From Lama glama (lineage: Eukaryota), in the NCBI GenBank assembly GCA_028534125.1, contig CM052816.1:28460001-28524000 (forward strand): a stretch of DNA of 64,000 bases, written 5' to 3'. The stretch's first letter is position 1. Each line of letters begins with the position of its first letter. The position numbers and the translations under genes were made by a program. Under the pieces are notes generated by a model. It had not been told where the DNA came from. It saw only the letters and a list, made by a program, of their open reading frames with translations, and searched no databases. Positions 26,651-38,086 of the stretch are shown here, piece after piece.

Positions 26651-29600
26651 ATTTCCAGCATTCAAGATCAGAACAGAAACTTTGCTTTCCCCAGCATCAT
26701 CCACTCTGAATCTATAAGTATCTTTTCCCCATCTCCACCACCTTCCCTGGTGTTGGTTTCCTCTCCCCCTTTTTGAAAAAGCCGTTTTCCTAGGAAGTTT
26801 AGAAAGGAGTGTAAGAACCTATGTTAATATATTAGCTTCTGGGTTTGAACTTTGACATTGAAGGAAAAACAACCCACAATCCTGTTTGCTTATATAAGCC
26901 CAGATGCAGCGTTAGTATCTAACTCAGTACAGAAAAGTTCCCAAGATACCTTAAGGCAGTATATACTGCCAGACCCAATTCCATTCCTCTCTTGTTTAAA
27001 GGACCAGTGTGCATTAGCTGCTATTTATATCAGCCCATAGTTTGTAAGAAATCCAGAATAGTTTCCCTCATTTCACGGATTAGGAACTTTATGAGGGCTA
27101 ACCTTTATAACAGTAAACTAACTAAATGTCACACTTTTTAACTATCAATAAGGAAACTCTCAAACACACTGAACCCAAGATATAAAAACAGTCTTTTCAA
27201 ATTTCACTCCAATCTCCCCAAGCATTGCAAGGAAACATCCATTAAATGAGAGCAATAGCAAAAGCTATGTGACTAGGGAAAGGTGATCAATAAAACACTT
27301 ACACCTGATTGTGCGTTCCATGCGGTCAGTCACCAAAGATGCATTGAGACCACAGCTGATCTTTATCAAACTGATTTTATCAAGAACAACAGACCGTCCT
27401 ATACTCAGTTCATATGACAGGGACTCTACTGAACATAAAACACCATGAGGCTTCGGTTCTCTAGGCTGAGGATATAAATTTGATGTAAATGATGAACATA
27501 ACCATGGAAAAATAATTAGAGTTTTCTCATCAGGAAGAAATCTCATGCAACTTGTACATGTATTCCAGTAAGTGGAGACAGGTTTAGGGTGGCTGAAGGA
27601 GAAAGCCATCTATACAATTCCAGTCGCAAACTGTATTCACCTCGTTTATCTTTGAATCTGGCACTGTGGTCCTTGCCAGCTGACAGTGCTTGTTCGTGTC
27701 CCCGTCTACACCACTGTAGTGATGTGGATAGAGCTTAGGATAAGATGGCTCTTAAAATGCATGCAGTCAAAAGAGGAAATATAAACCTAACTAAAAGCCG
27801 CATCCTCATAGGAATATTTAAACATCATGCCTGACTCAGAAATCCCTTTTATCAGCTATCTGCATCCCTGGGAGGAAATAGGGCTTTTTCCTACATTGTT
27901 GTCAAAGGAGAGCATATCTTCAAACTAAAAAGAAAGGCAAATAAAAGAGTAGTATGCTACATAACCTTAGTCTAAATAGTAAAATGTGCAACCAAACCTT
28001 CACGTATTATTAAGTGCATAGCCTTCATTTCATTCCACTGTATTCAGCTCTATTTTTATGTACAAGATTTTAATTTCTTTCTTTATTTCAATTTTCTTTC
28101 CACATCCCTTCCTTCCTTTTTTTTTGCACAGCACCTTCTATGTGATCACACTTTACATTATTAGCTCAAATTTTCTTGCTTATTTCTCCTTCTCTGCCAA
28201 GGTTCCGATCACACCAACATGTAGCAATCTGTCTTCTGCTTGTTTTAAATTAATAGGAATAAATTTTTTATCAAGTGAGGAAACTTATATTTCTGTACAT
28301 GGATCTGCATGAGTTGCTTTGTCCTCCTAAGAGGTCAATTTTCTAACCCATTAAGTGAAGGTATTGGATTTAACTATTGTGAATTTCTTCTACTCTAATA
28401 TCATATGGATTTTTTGCTAGTGAGAGTAGATGGTAAATACCCTTGTATAATGTTAATTTAAGAAATAATATTCACTTAAATTCATATTTATTTAACTAAT
28501 AGTTAAGATATTTTTTCCATATGCATTTTCAAGTTTTGTTTTTACCCATGTTTTACCCACTTTACCACCACAGTGGGGTTTTTTTTTTACATTAAATTTT
28601 ATTTTATTTGTTAGGAAAGGAATCAGATAAATAGTTGAAATCAACAGAGCATGATTTACAAAACCTACTCTCTTGTAATAGAGAGGAGAAATTATTTCAG
28701 GTTGGGGCCACATGTTCAAGGGAAGGCGCAGCAATAGGAACTGAATAGGGCACAGCAGTGGGTCAGTCCTTTAGACTCCTTGGCTGGAGCAGTCTGATTA
28801 GTGTTGAACTCCCCCGAGTGGGCCCTTGTAAAAGCAGCCTTAGAAGAGTTTTCCCTAGAAATGCCATGCCCAGAGTTCAGAATTTCAAATAGCAGATTAT
28901 TCTGAGCCTTCAAAATTTCTGGATTGAGATGAGAAAATGAAAGGAAAATGTCTCTGTTGGATATCTACTGAATGGACTGGAAGTGCAGGCAAACGTTTGA
29001 GTGACAAGCATGTGGCAATGTAATGTCAGAATTTAGGGGATAAAAGCCTCTCTGAGGATAGTGTGATTGGGAATGGTGTTACTACAAAAAACAAAAAAGA
29101 CTTGGCAAAAAAATTCAAATTATTTGGATAAAAGGAACAAGGGAGATGCAGAAGTTAAATCTGACTGAGAACTGGAGCTTTGATGATCAGAAGATCTTTG
29201 GCAAGTCATATAGAGGAGCTATTTTTAATATTAATTCTCTGTATTACAAATAATAAATCCACTCAGAAAATGACATCTTAAAAACAAAAAACAAACCTAG
29301 AACATCAGTACTGTATTTCAAATATCAAGCAAAAAGCAGACATTATTTGATACAACTATGAAGTTTTGGAGAAAGAGGTAAAATAAATCCAAATATTCAG
29401 GTTTTGTCTGAAAGAGTGGTTTGAGTTATTAGAAAATAATACTTTCAGATTATAATTTTGGACTGTTATTAGCAATATTAATTTACCTACACTTAAGCCA
29501 CAAATCACTGTGATCAAAAAGCTTCAGTTCTTAGTCCTTTTGAAAGGTACCTCACTGAAACATATACTCAAGCATATCACAGCCTTTGTTTAAAAGCAAA

Positions 29601-30819
29601 ATTATAGTTAATGCTTTGGCAATTTTTAATAATATCACTGACAAATGATGTTTTTAACCACAAACACAGACATTCCTTTTTTAAACAAAATCTTGATGAT
29701 TTAATTCCTTATTTGAACAAACATTTTTAGGAGATTTATAAAGGCCTAGAGGCATTAGACTTTATTAGCTTGACAAATTATATCCTAAATGAATTTACTC
29801 ATGTGCTATTAAATATTATCATAAATAATTAAAATTAAGCTACACTTGTCAAAACGGTTTAATAAACTGTGCTCTCTGTTGTAGTCACCTAGAATTTCTA
29901 TCATGTTCATTTTCTGACTAATTCACAAAATCTTTTAAATCAATGAGAGTTCTACATATGAACTGGCAAGGTTCTAAGAAAATCATTAGGCTTAATAATA
30001 GTAACTAATAAAACTATGTAAAATAATTACTTTATAAATGAGATGAATAAATATCATTAGCATCAACCTAGGCATACACAAATCCACCAGATTAACGAGG
30101 AACATGGGTAAGAAATACCATAAACTGATGACAATGAACTGCATTTTATGAGGTTTTCCTGTTAGTGAAGTACTTTCACATTCATTAAATCCTTAGGGCC
30201 TTATAACAAGTTGGAAGGTGGTATCCTTTAGAGGAGGTAATAAAGGTCAGGACACTGCATGGTAGTAGGGAATGGTTAGTGTACCAGTGTTGCTACAGTA
30301 GAAACACAGTGCTTGAAACCTGGCACTTTGGGGAACAAGTACCCTGTGAAGGTATAGACAAACTAAGGTAGGGGAAATGCACGACATTTCTATTTTTGTG
30401 ACAAGAGAGAGATGAGCCAAAAAATAGTGGGAGTTTGAGCAAATAAACAAAGCAGAAGTCATGCCTGAACTGCAATGTGTGTGACGCAGTGTGTCAGCAG
30501 AGCTCTCTTCCCATGCAAATAATACAATGGAACTGAAAACAAGTCACGGAGTAAACAGTACTTAGCTACACTGCCGTACACAGGCTCCTTAGTTCCAGCC
30601 TGGAGGGTGCTACAAGGAGGAGTGGGAGGTGTTTCTGACATATGCAAAACGTAAGGTGGAACCATTTGGTGACTGTGCCTATTCAATTGCTCCAAAGGTT
30701 ACAGACTTGCTGAATCCTGAAGCTGCTTATCCGCATTGCAGATCCTTTGTAACAGAGGATTTGGTGAGCCCAGAAAATGCAAGGGGAGGACAGTGACTCA
30801 GGAACACTATTAGCTAGAG

Positions 30820-30960
30820 AACAGTGGCACCATTATGTTCATCTTAAAGCAAACTCAGGCCAGATCAAGCAATTTGACCAGGAACACATGAGAGATGAGA
30901 AAATTGAGACTCAAATCCAGGACTTCTCATTTCAAACTTACACTTTTATCCTAATATACT
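30820..30960 (-). mobile_element. MIR fragment
   Basis: gcaaactcaggccagatcaagcaatttgaccagg...gactcaaatccaggactt. Confidence 0.5.
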
Positions 30961-31462
30961 GCCCTCTAAATTCATATTATAAATACACATGTCATAATTT
31001 ACTTTATCAATGGCAAATTTCTGTAGTAGAGTTTCATTTTTTTTCGACTATTCTAGATAAGTACGTGTCTTCAGATAAGGTTTATTCATATAGTAACCTA
31101 ATTTACTGAAAACATCTTCACTCGGAAATTTAACTAAAGAAAATCTAGTATGCAATTCTCAAACACTTAACTAAAAAACATAGGTTGGTGCGTAGCCTCA
31201 GATAGAATTCAAATATGGTAGCTAAAGGCTGTGATAAAATTCACCCCTCACCTTCAATGAATGTTGTCAATTCCCTCCACTACATTTTTAGCAAGTCAGA
31301 TGTTAGATTCATTTCTTTTCTCCATCTTTGTTTAAACTAAGATGACATCTATAATTTAAAGTGAGATTAAAACAAGTATCAAGTAATATGAAAAGGAAAG
31401 AAAGGAGGCCTATAACGTATTCAAATTATATACATACCAAAAAAATGACTCCTTTGGGAACC

Positions 31463-31805
31463 ATGGTAGGCATAACTGGTACTCACCCATGTGCGGATCT
31501 CCTTCTCCTCCCTGAAGGGACTGCGGGAAGGGCCATGTGACTCTTGGCCAACGACATGAATAAAAGGCTGAGTTAAAAACATGGTAAGATTCTCCAGTCT
31601 CCCAATCCTCCGTTGTAGCGGTTCTGGAGGAGGACACACGGCCAGGTGGTAGAGGCACACATTCCACACAGCCTTTATTGCTGAATGAAGGACACCTGCC
31701 CTGGAGAGTCTCCTGGACTCACAGTAAGCTTAGGGTGAGCAGGAAGTAACTCGGATGCCTCTGAGAAACCGGAGTTGTTTGCTACCACACCTTGACTTAT
31801 ACAGA
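31463..31805 (+). mobile_element. Old MaLR LTR (MLT1H/I/J-like)
   Basis: gggccatgtgactcttggccaa, ctgccctggagagtc, and a 3' end gttgtttgctaccacac...tgacttataca. Confidence 0.6.
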
Positions 31806-31911
31806 AATAGACATTAAAAAAAATTTCTTCCAAAAACCTCTTCAAGCATGTTTCAGTGAAATGACTGTAAGCTCTACAGATGACCTGGGCATTAGGCAGG
31901 GGTTGTGCTTT

Positions 31912-32165
31912 GGGCAGTTCCGAAAGGCAGTGGAGAGAACACGGGCTGTGGAAGCTGCCTGCCTGCCTTACAGTCCTGGCTTGACCACTTCCTGGCTCTA
32001 TGACCTTGAGTGGCAGGTCTCAGTGACAATTTCCTCATTTGTAAAATGTAGATAATAATAGTGTGCAAAACACTGGGTGTTAGGAGGGAAAAATGATGCT
32101 ATGAAGGAAAAATAACACATTCAAACACATAGAAGAATGTGTGGCACAAAGCAAGCCCTTGGTAA
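31912..32165 (+). mobile_element. MIR element
   Basis: gtggagagaacacgggctgtgga...agtcctggcttgaccacttcctggctctatgaccttga...tttcctcatttgtaaaatgtagataataatagt. Confidence 0.75.
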
Positions 32166-35100
32166 GGGTTAGATCTCTTGTATAGTCAACATCATCTCTA
32201 ACCTACCCACGGGCACACTGTTTCATTTCACTGATTCAAAATTCCCTTTGGTGGTTAGAAGAATTGACAACTACATTAACAAGTAGTGGAAAAATCATAT
32301 CTATAATAACAAAAGGATGGAAAAGCTTTTACTCACGTTCTAATGCACTGGTTCTTCAGTGGTTCCACAGAGTGGATCTATTGCTATTTTTAGCTGTAGG
32401 GGTCAATGTTAAATAGAGGAAACTCACAGATGAAATACCAGTAATGGAAGCAACACAGTTAGTGTCAAATGACATTAATACTGTGAAATCAGAACTTCTG
32501 AGGAAAAAAAATCCAAAATAATAGACAGCCTTTGAACTTAAGGGAAAAAAATAGAAAGGTGAAGCCTCTGATACAATACATGAGAAAATGAGGCTTGCAT
32601 TATTCAACAGCTCATTCATGTTTGACGCTTGCTAAATTGCCTGAAATCCCTTCACATTCTGCAAAGATCAAACATATTAAGAATGTCAAAATAACATTAG
32701 GTAACCCCTTTCAACCGTCAAAATAACTCCTCAGATAAAAGGAAAGATCTGCAAAGTTCAGGGCTATGAAGAACACAATTAAATGGTGGTGTTGTGGGGA
32801 AAAAATCACGGGATGCCATGCTGACACGAAAACACCAAGCAGTAACTTAAGGGGTCAGTTTTGGCAAAAAACTGAAACTGAGGTCCTGGATTTCTTCAGT
32901 TTGTAAATCAGGATAATATCTATTTTATGCATCATATGAGCCTTAGAAAAACTAATGTATGTAAAGTTTCAGAAAGCAGTCAAAAATATTAGTTTACCTG
33001 TCTTTCATCACTCTAGAAGTCATAAATCATAAGCAATATTTCCTAAGTATTTTCCCTTGGCCTTCACTTAATTCTATATCCCACGTCGATTTAACTACAT
33101 TTTCAAGAGAGGGTTACTTGCAGAGCTTCTTTATGATCCACTTTAGTTTTTTCCAAAAAGAGCAGAATGATAAATCCAAGCGCCTTCAATGAAATGACAC
33201 CCTACATAATTGATCCTCCACGAAGACATGGCTAATGTGGTTTTATGTTCAACACTGCTGCTGGCCCTAATGATAGCATCTCACCTGTCATTATTTCAGT
33301 ATCAGGGGACTGAACGATTCTAAAGCTCCAAAACATTTAATTTGAAAATTTGAATCCCGTGTCCTGGTTCCACATTGACCCAGAAAATGTCGTGTGATTT
33401 TGCAATCATGTCTAGTAATTGCCAGATTCTGTGCATTCTGCCTAACTATGTGATGTGGAATTTTAATGCTCATAAATCATTTCCTCACTTAGAAATCATA
33501 AGTACATACCAATGCACATTACAATGCAATCTTTTGCTACACATCTGAGTGTACATGATAGCAGAATGTGCTACCAACCGAGAATCTAGGGAAAGAAACT
33601 GAATCAGGACAATTTACAAGACTTGCCGTTACATTAACGCCTATACTCCACAGGAAAAAAGTTCAGTCAAGGCAGGGATTCATGACTTGATTACACCATT
33701 CCAAGTGCAATTACATGTGGAACTACTCAAGCTTTTCTTCACGGAGCATCCAAAAAGAGCTATAATTAGAATCTGTAGATACAAGGTCTTCCATAGTTTC
33801 AGAAGCTGTGTGTAGCTACTGCTCTTGGTTCTGTTAAAAGCAACGACTGATCTGTCCAAAGGAAGCCATATAATACAGTGCCTTATTCCTTTATTCATTA
33901 AATACTCTGATGCAGGCATAACTCAAACACAAGCTTTTTTAGGTTAATTAAACCACTTCAGTTAATAGCAGACTTTTTTTTTCCCCATAGGCTATTATTA
34001 AACTAACGAAAGGAGGTATGAACATAACATTAAATTGAAGACTGGGAAATTTCTCTCGCATGCCCTGTGCTTTTGAGCAGATGCTTTATATTTAGCTTAA
34101 GCATGGCCTAAAAATTATCAGTTTTATTTCCTTTTATAACTGCTATAGCTACTGAGAGATGGGAGATAACTTTGGGCAAGTTTTAGTCACTTTTCACCTT
34201 TCATCAGTGGAGATACAATAACCTTTCATCACAAAAAATGGGACAATCTGTGTTTAAATTAATAGGACAAAATCTTTCCTATTCCAGTTTAATTCACGGC
34301 CACCATGTTTTTTGAACCATAGGCTCCCTTTCACTGTGAGTGGATGTCGTCATAAGCAGTACGACTATTTTACATTTTGTAGGAACATCACCATCAAAGG
34401 AGGATGAAGGCCAGCTCTTAGGTACTCTCTATGTGTGAATAAAAGAATTAAATCATATTGCCAGAAAACAACCTGCCTTTAAGGATCTGATAAAAAGCAT
34501 TTCTGCCTTGGTATCTTCAGGAAAAGGACAGACAGACTGTGCTTTATGATGGTTAAATGAACCTTGTGCAGAGCTTGCACTTCAGAATTTAAATTTTGAA
34601 AGTAATGCTGGCTGATGACAAAAACTGCACTGCCACTTATGACACTTTAATTACAAGTTTCCAGGCAAATATTATGATACTCTATGTTAATTGCTTTCCA
34701 TGTTTTACAAGTTTATGTATATTTAAAGACATGACTAGGTTCCTCTGAACGTTGCAAAATTATCAATTGGGCCAAAAAAACCTATTGGCCCAATATATTC
34801 CATACATTAGAGAAAAAAAAAAGTAACATATGGAGCAAATAAAATTTAAAAAAGTCCCAACACTGCTGTAATCTAACATTTAATGTTGACTATGTAATAA
34901 ACAAACTGTAATAAGAGAAGAAGGTCAATAACTGTAACTTTTTAGGTGGGGATTTAATTCAGCTTTATAGGCCCACAGTTACGTATAAATGTGTTAAAAA
35001 GAAAAGGTGCTGTGGTTCTGGCATATGTCAGTAATCAAACATAAAAAGATGGTCTTTCCTGGGGTAGCTTTGTCTCTACCTTGAGGGAGAGAGAGAGATT

Positions 35101-36726
35101 TGAACCTCAGAGGTTGTGTCTAGGCATCTGGCTCAAATGCCCTTATTCAACCAGCTTAGATGGCCCAGCTTACTCAGCTTGCTTTATTGCAAATGAGTTA
35201 TCTGCTTTGTGGATGATCTGGGTTGTTAGTAAGCTCTACCTTGACATCCAGATTGGATCCCAGAGACTGACAAGGGACAAAGTCTCAAACTATTAGGTAA
35301 TTATTAGTTCACAGTAACTGGCTGTGAAAGGAAGGTGGGCCAAAGGGAGAAAACTGTATGTCTTCTAACATCATTTGTAATATCAAAACTTCTTACACTG
35401 GATGGATATTTGAAAGGAAGTAATTATTTAAATCTAGAAAAGTGATGAAACCCCAAGTTTGTTTATAACAAGCCTAAATGAATGCATTAAAATGTTGAGA
35501 ATATACATATTATTTTGGTATTCAATGAGTCAATTATTTATCTACCTGGCTCATATTTATTAAACATAGTGATATATAGTTAATACATTTTAGATTAGGG
35601 CCTTTCTTGATTACTGGTCTTATGTTTTGTAACTTTCTGACAAGTCGGATATATTCTGCCTTGCATTATCATCAAGTCCAACACACACAGAACAAAAATC
35701 ATGCTGAGTAAATTTTCAACATGATGTCTCTATTTTTTACTTGTTTGATTGTTTCTTTAAAAAATAAACCTATTTTCCTTATGGCATTATGCCTAAAATA
35801 TATTAACATCTTTTACTAAGAAGTTGTTTAAAAACAGCATACCAAATTATGATAATATAGCTTGAAAAAGGCAAAAAGGAAATACAATTGAAAACTAACC
35901 TCCTATAGCAGTGAAAATTAAAGTTTTGAGATTGAAAGCCAAATGTTCAAAAATATTACAGGACTCTTTTTTTTAAGATGCAGAATAATCACATCTCCAC
36001 CAAAGATGACTCCCTCTACTCCTGCCACTTCAGGAACACATTTTGCTCAGGCACGCACCTGTCATCACGATTCTAAGGCAGTCGACTCATTTCTAACTCC
36101 AGGGCAAATCATATGATCGGTCCAAATCATGGTAGTTAAGAAGTGAACTTTTGTCCATTGGTAAGTGTGATCTAAGATGGCAAATGAAAGTAAAGAGAAA
36201 CACATTTATCGGATTTTAGGAAGAAAGGTTTTCCTCTCTTCCTTCTATAGAATAACAAAGAACTCTTGGCATATTTCAGCTCTGAGGGGAATCAGCTTAA
36301 GGCTAATGCTAAAAACGTCCATTTCAGCGGCATCTTTATTTTCCCCTAGGATTCTCCATAAGTGGGGGATCCCTCCAAGAGGCAGAGAGCTTGCTGATGC
36401 AGGAGGCAAGTTATCCTACTGCCCAATGTACGCGTTTATGGTGTGTTCTGGGGGCATGCTGACTGTGGGGAGGGTCTGAAGGGGTTGGGTGCAATAGATC
36501 ATACTTGAGGTACCAAAATGGAAGTACATAACATGAAAATGTGTACAGTTCTATTTAGATCTTCGATTATGAACTTAAATTGGAAAAATTCTGACATAAA
36601 CTCAGTGTGATCTCCAAACTCTGTCAAAGTTGCTATCCATTTTGATGAATATTAACATGAAATTAAATGAACCATTGCTTCATTTTAATTCTGAGGAACG
36701 TTTGGTTTTACCATTATTTACTGTTG

Positions 36727-36732
36727 TTTATT
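36727..36732 (-). terminator. PRR16: Candidate distal polyadenylation signal AATAAA
   Basis: tttatt on the + strand about 580 nt after the stop codon. Use is not demonstrated. Confidence 0.5.
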
Positions 36733-37211
36733 GACATACGATATTTGCACAGACCAAAATCTTTCATTACATAGACAGGTGAACATATAAGCATAATTGT
36801 ATAGTATAGAAAATAAACTTTCTGGTCCTTAGCATTTAGTAATGCAAAACTAGTGACAAACATCTTTAGAAAAAAATAATAAAATAGTCCTTCGGTATTA
36901 AAATTTCTTATTAAAAAGCATTAGGTCAAAGTGGAGACTATGGCATGTTATTAATGCATAGATGAGTTAGGCATGAATAAAATGAATCTAATCCCACCTT
37001 TCAGAGTAAATCAAAATATTTGAAATCTATAGGTCACAGTTTGTCACAGGTCAGCTGAGAACACAATATATTCAGCTTTTTCATTATTCTGTGGTTTTTG
37101 ATGATGCAACTTTTTAAACAACGTATACCCAGGATATAAACAACATACTGCATACTTACCAGGTGATTTTTATGCCACTTTGCTGAATGCAGGATAAATA
37201 TATTTGGGCTT

Positions 37212-37217
37212 TTTATT
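37212..37217 (-). terminator. PRR16: Candidate proximal polyadenylation signal AATAAA
   Basis: tttatt on the + strand about 90 nt after the stop codon. Use is not demonstrated. Confidence 0.4.
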
Positions 37218-37308
37218 GCTTGAGTAGAAAGTGCTCATTACTTATTATTTTATGTTTATAATATAGAAATTAAAAAAAAAGAAAAAGTTTTTTTTTAAAT
37301 GGCATATA

Positions 37309-38064
37309 TCACACTGTTGTAGTGGTCGATTTCCTCAAGATCGTCTTCTGCGGTTTTGGTGCAGTGGGAGGAGGCACAGTTGCAGGTCTGAGAGGGGGGA
37401 AGCTGTTACTGTGGCTTATTCCCAGCCCCCCATTTTCTACTGGGAAAGGAGGGAGATGTGAGGGCGGAGGGTGGGGAGGGCTTTGGGGAGGGAGCTTTCC
37501 TGGCGGGTGGACGGGCTCGCTGTGCAAGTGGACCTCCCTGTTTCTGATGTTATACCGGGTGTCACAGTCAGGGCAATAGCCATGGTACTGCACTTTTTCA
37601 TTAAACCGAACTCGTTCCCGCGGCCCTGCTGGGGGGCACCTGTCTTTCTCAGGTCTATGCATCAGAGCCTGCACCGGAGCCTTGTCCAAGCGACTGCTGG
37701 GTTTGCAGCAGATGTCTCCGTTTGGAATTTTGTTTGGTGCCCCTGGGAAGCCTCCATTTCGCAGAAGGGTGCCGTTGGTCTTGACCGGGTTGACAGCGGG
37801 CACCACCCGTTGGGGGTCTTCACACTTCACAGGTGTCAGCCGCGGAGGAGGTGGCGGAGGGTTGGGCTTTCTCAGGACCGTGAGGATAGCAGATGGGTGG
37901 GCTGGGGGTTTAATGAGAGGGGCATTGGCCTGCACTTTGATCTTCTCTATGCTGGAGGCTGTCGTGCCGCTGGAGCTACTATTGAGGGTGTCCGTTTTGG
38001 AGCTGTCAGTCATCTCATCCTCCAGCTGTAGGTCAGAGGTCAGGGTATCAATCTGGTCAACCAC
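37309..38064 (-). CDS. PRR16: Terminal coding exon of proline-rich protein 16 (Largen); 251 codons starting VVDQIDTL in phase 0. The N-terminal exon lies outside the window.
   Basis: The translation VVDQIDTLTSDLQLEDEMTDSSKTDTLNSSSSGTTAS...RERVRFNEKVQYHGYCPDCD...KPQKTILRKSTTTTV* matches the mammalian PRR16 C-terminal part as I recall it. It forms a GC/CpG-rich island in AT-rich surroundings and is preceded by a canonical acceptor. The first codon is GTG (Val), not a start codon. Confidence 0.97.
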   Translation of the reverse strand: MVDQIDTLTSDLQLEDEMTDSSKTDTLNSSSSGTTASSIEKIKVQANAPLIKPPAHPSAILTVLRKPNPPPPPPRLTPVKCEDPQRVVPAVNPVKTNGTLLRNGGFPGAPNKIPNGDICCKPSSRLDKAPVQALMHRPEKDRCPPAGPRERVRFNEKVQYHGYCPDCDTRYNIRNREVHLHSEPVHPPGKLPPQSPPHPPPSHLPPFPVENGGLGISHSNSFPPLRPATVPPPTAPKPQKTILRKSTTTTV

Positions 38065-38086
38065 CTGATGGAAAGGACAAGAGAAT
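38065..38086 (-). promoter_or_regulatory. PRR16: 3' splice acceptor with polypyrimidine tract
   Basis: The minus strand reads attctcttgtcctttccatcAG|GTGGTTGAC. Confidence 0.93.

Larger units (their letters stand above)
36710..37308 (-). other. PRR16: PRR16 3' UTR (distal end approximate)
   Basis: AT-rich, repeat-free sequence following the TGA; minus-strand AATAAA at 37217-37212 and 36732-36727. Confidence 0.65.

Noticed and set aside
5011..36700. Numerous 60-130 aa ORFs in the six-frame track
   Set aside because: Lengths and composition match random ORFs in AT-rich or repeat-derived DNA. Many start at non-ATG codons, and none resembles a known protein apart from L1 pieces.
37322..38068. 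Plus-strand ORFs of 85, 186 and 128 aa overlapping PRR16
   Set aside because: Antisense shadow ORFs expected in a GC-rich, proline-coding exon. They show no recognisable domain, promoter or splice context.
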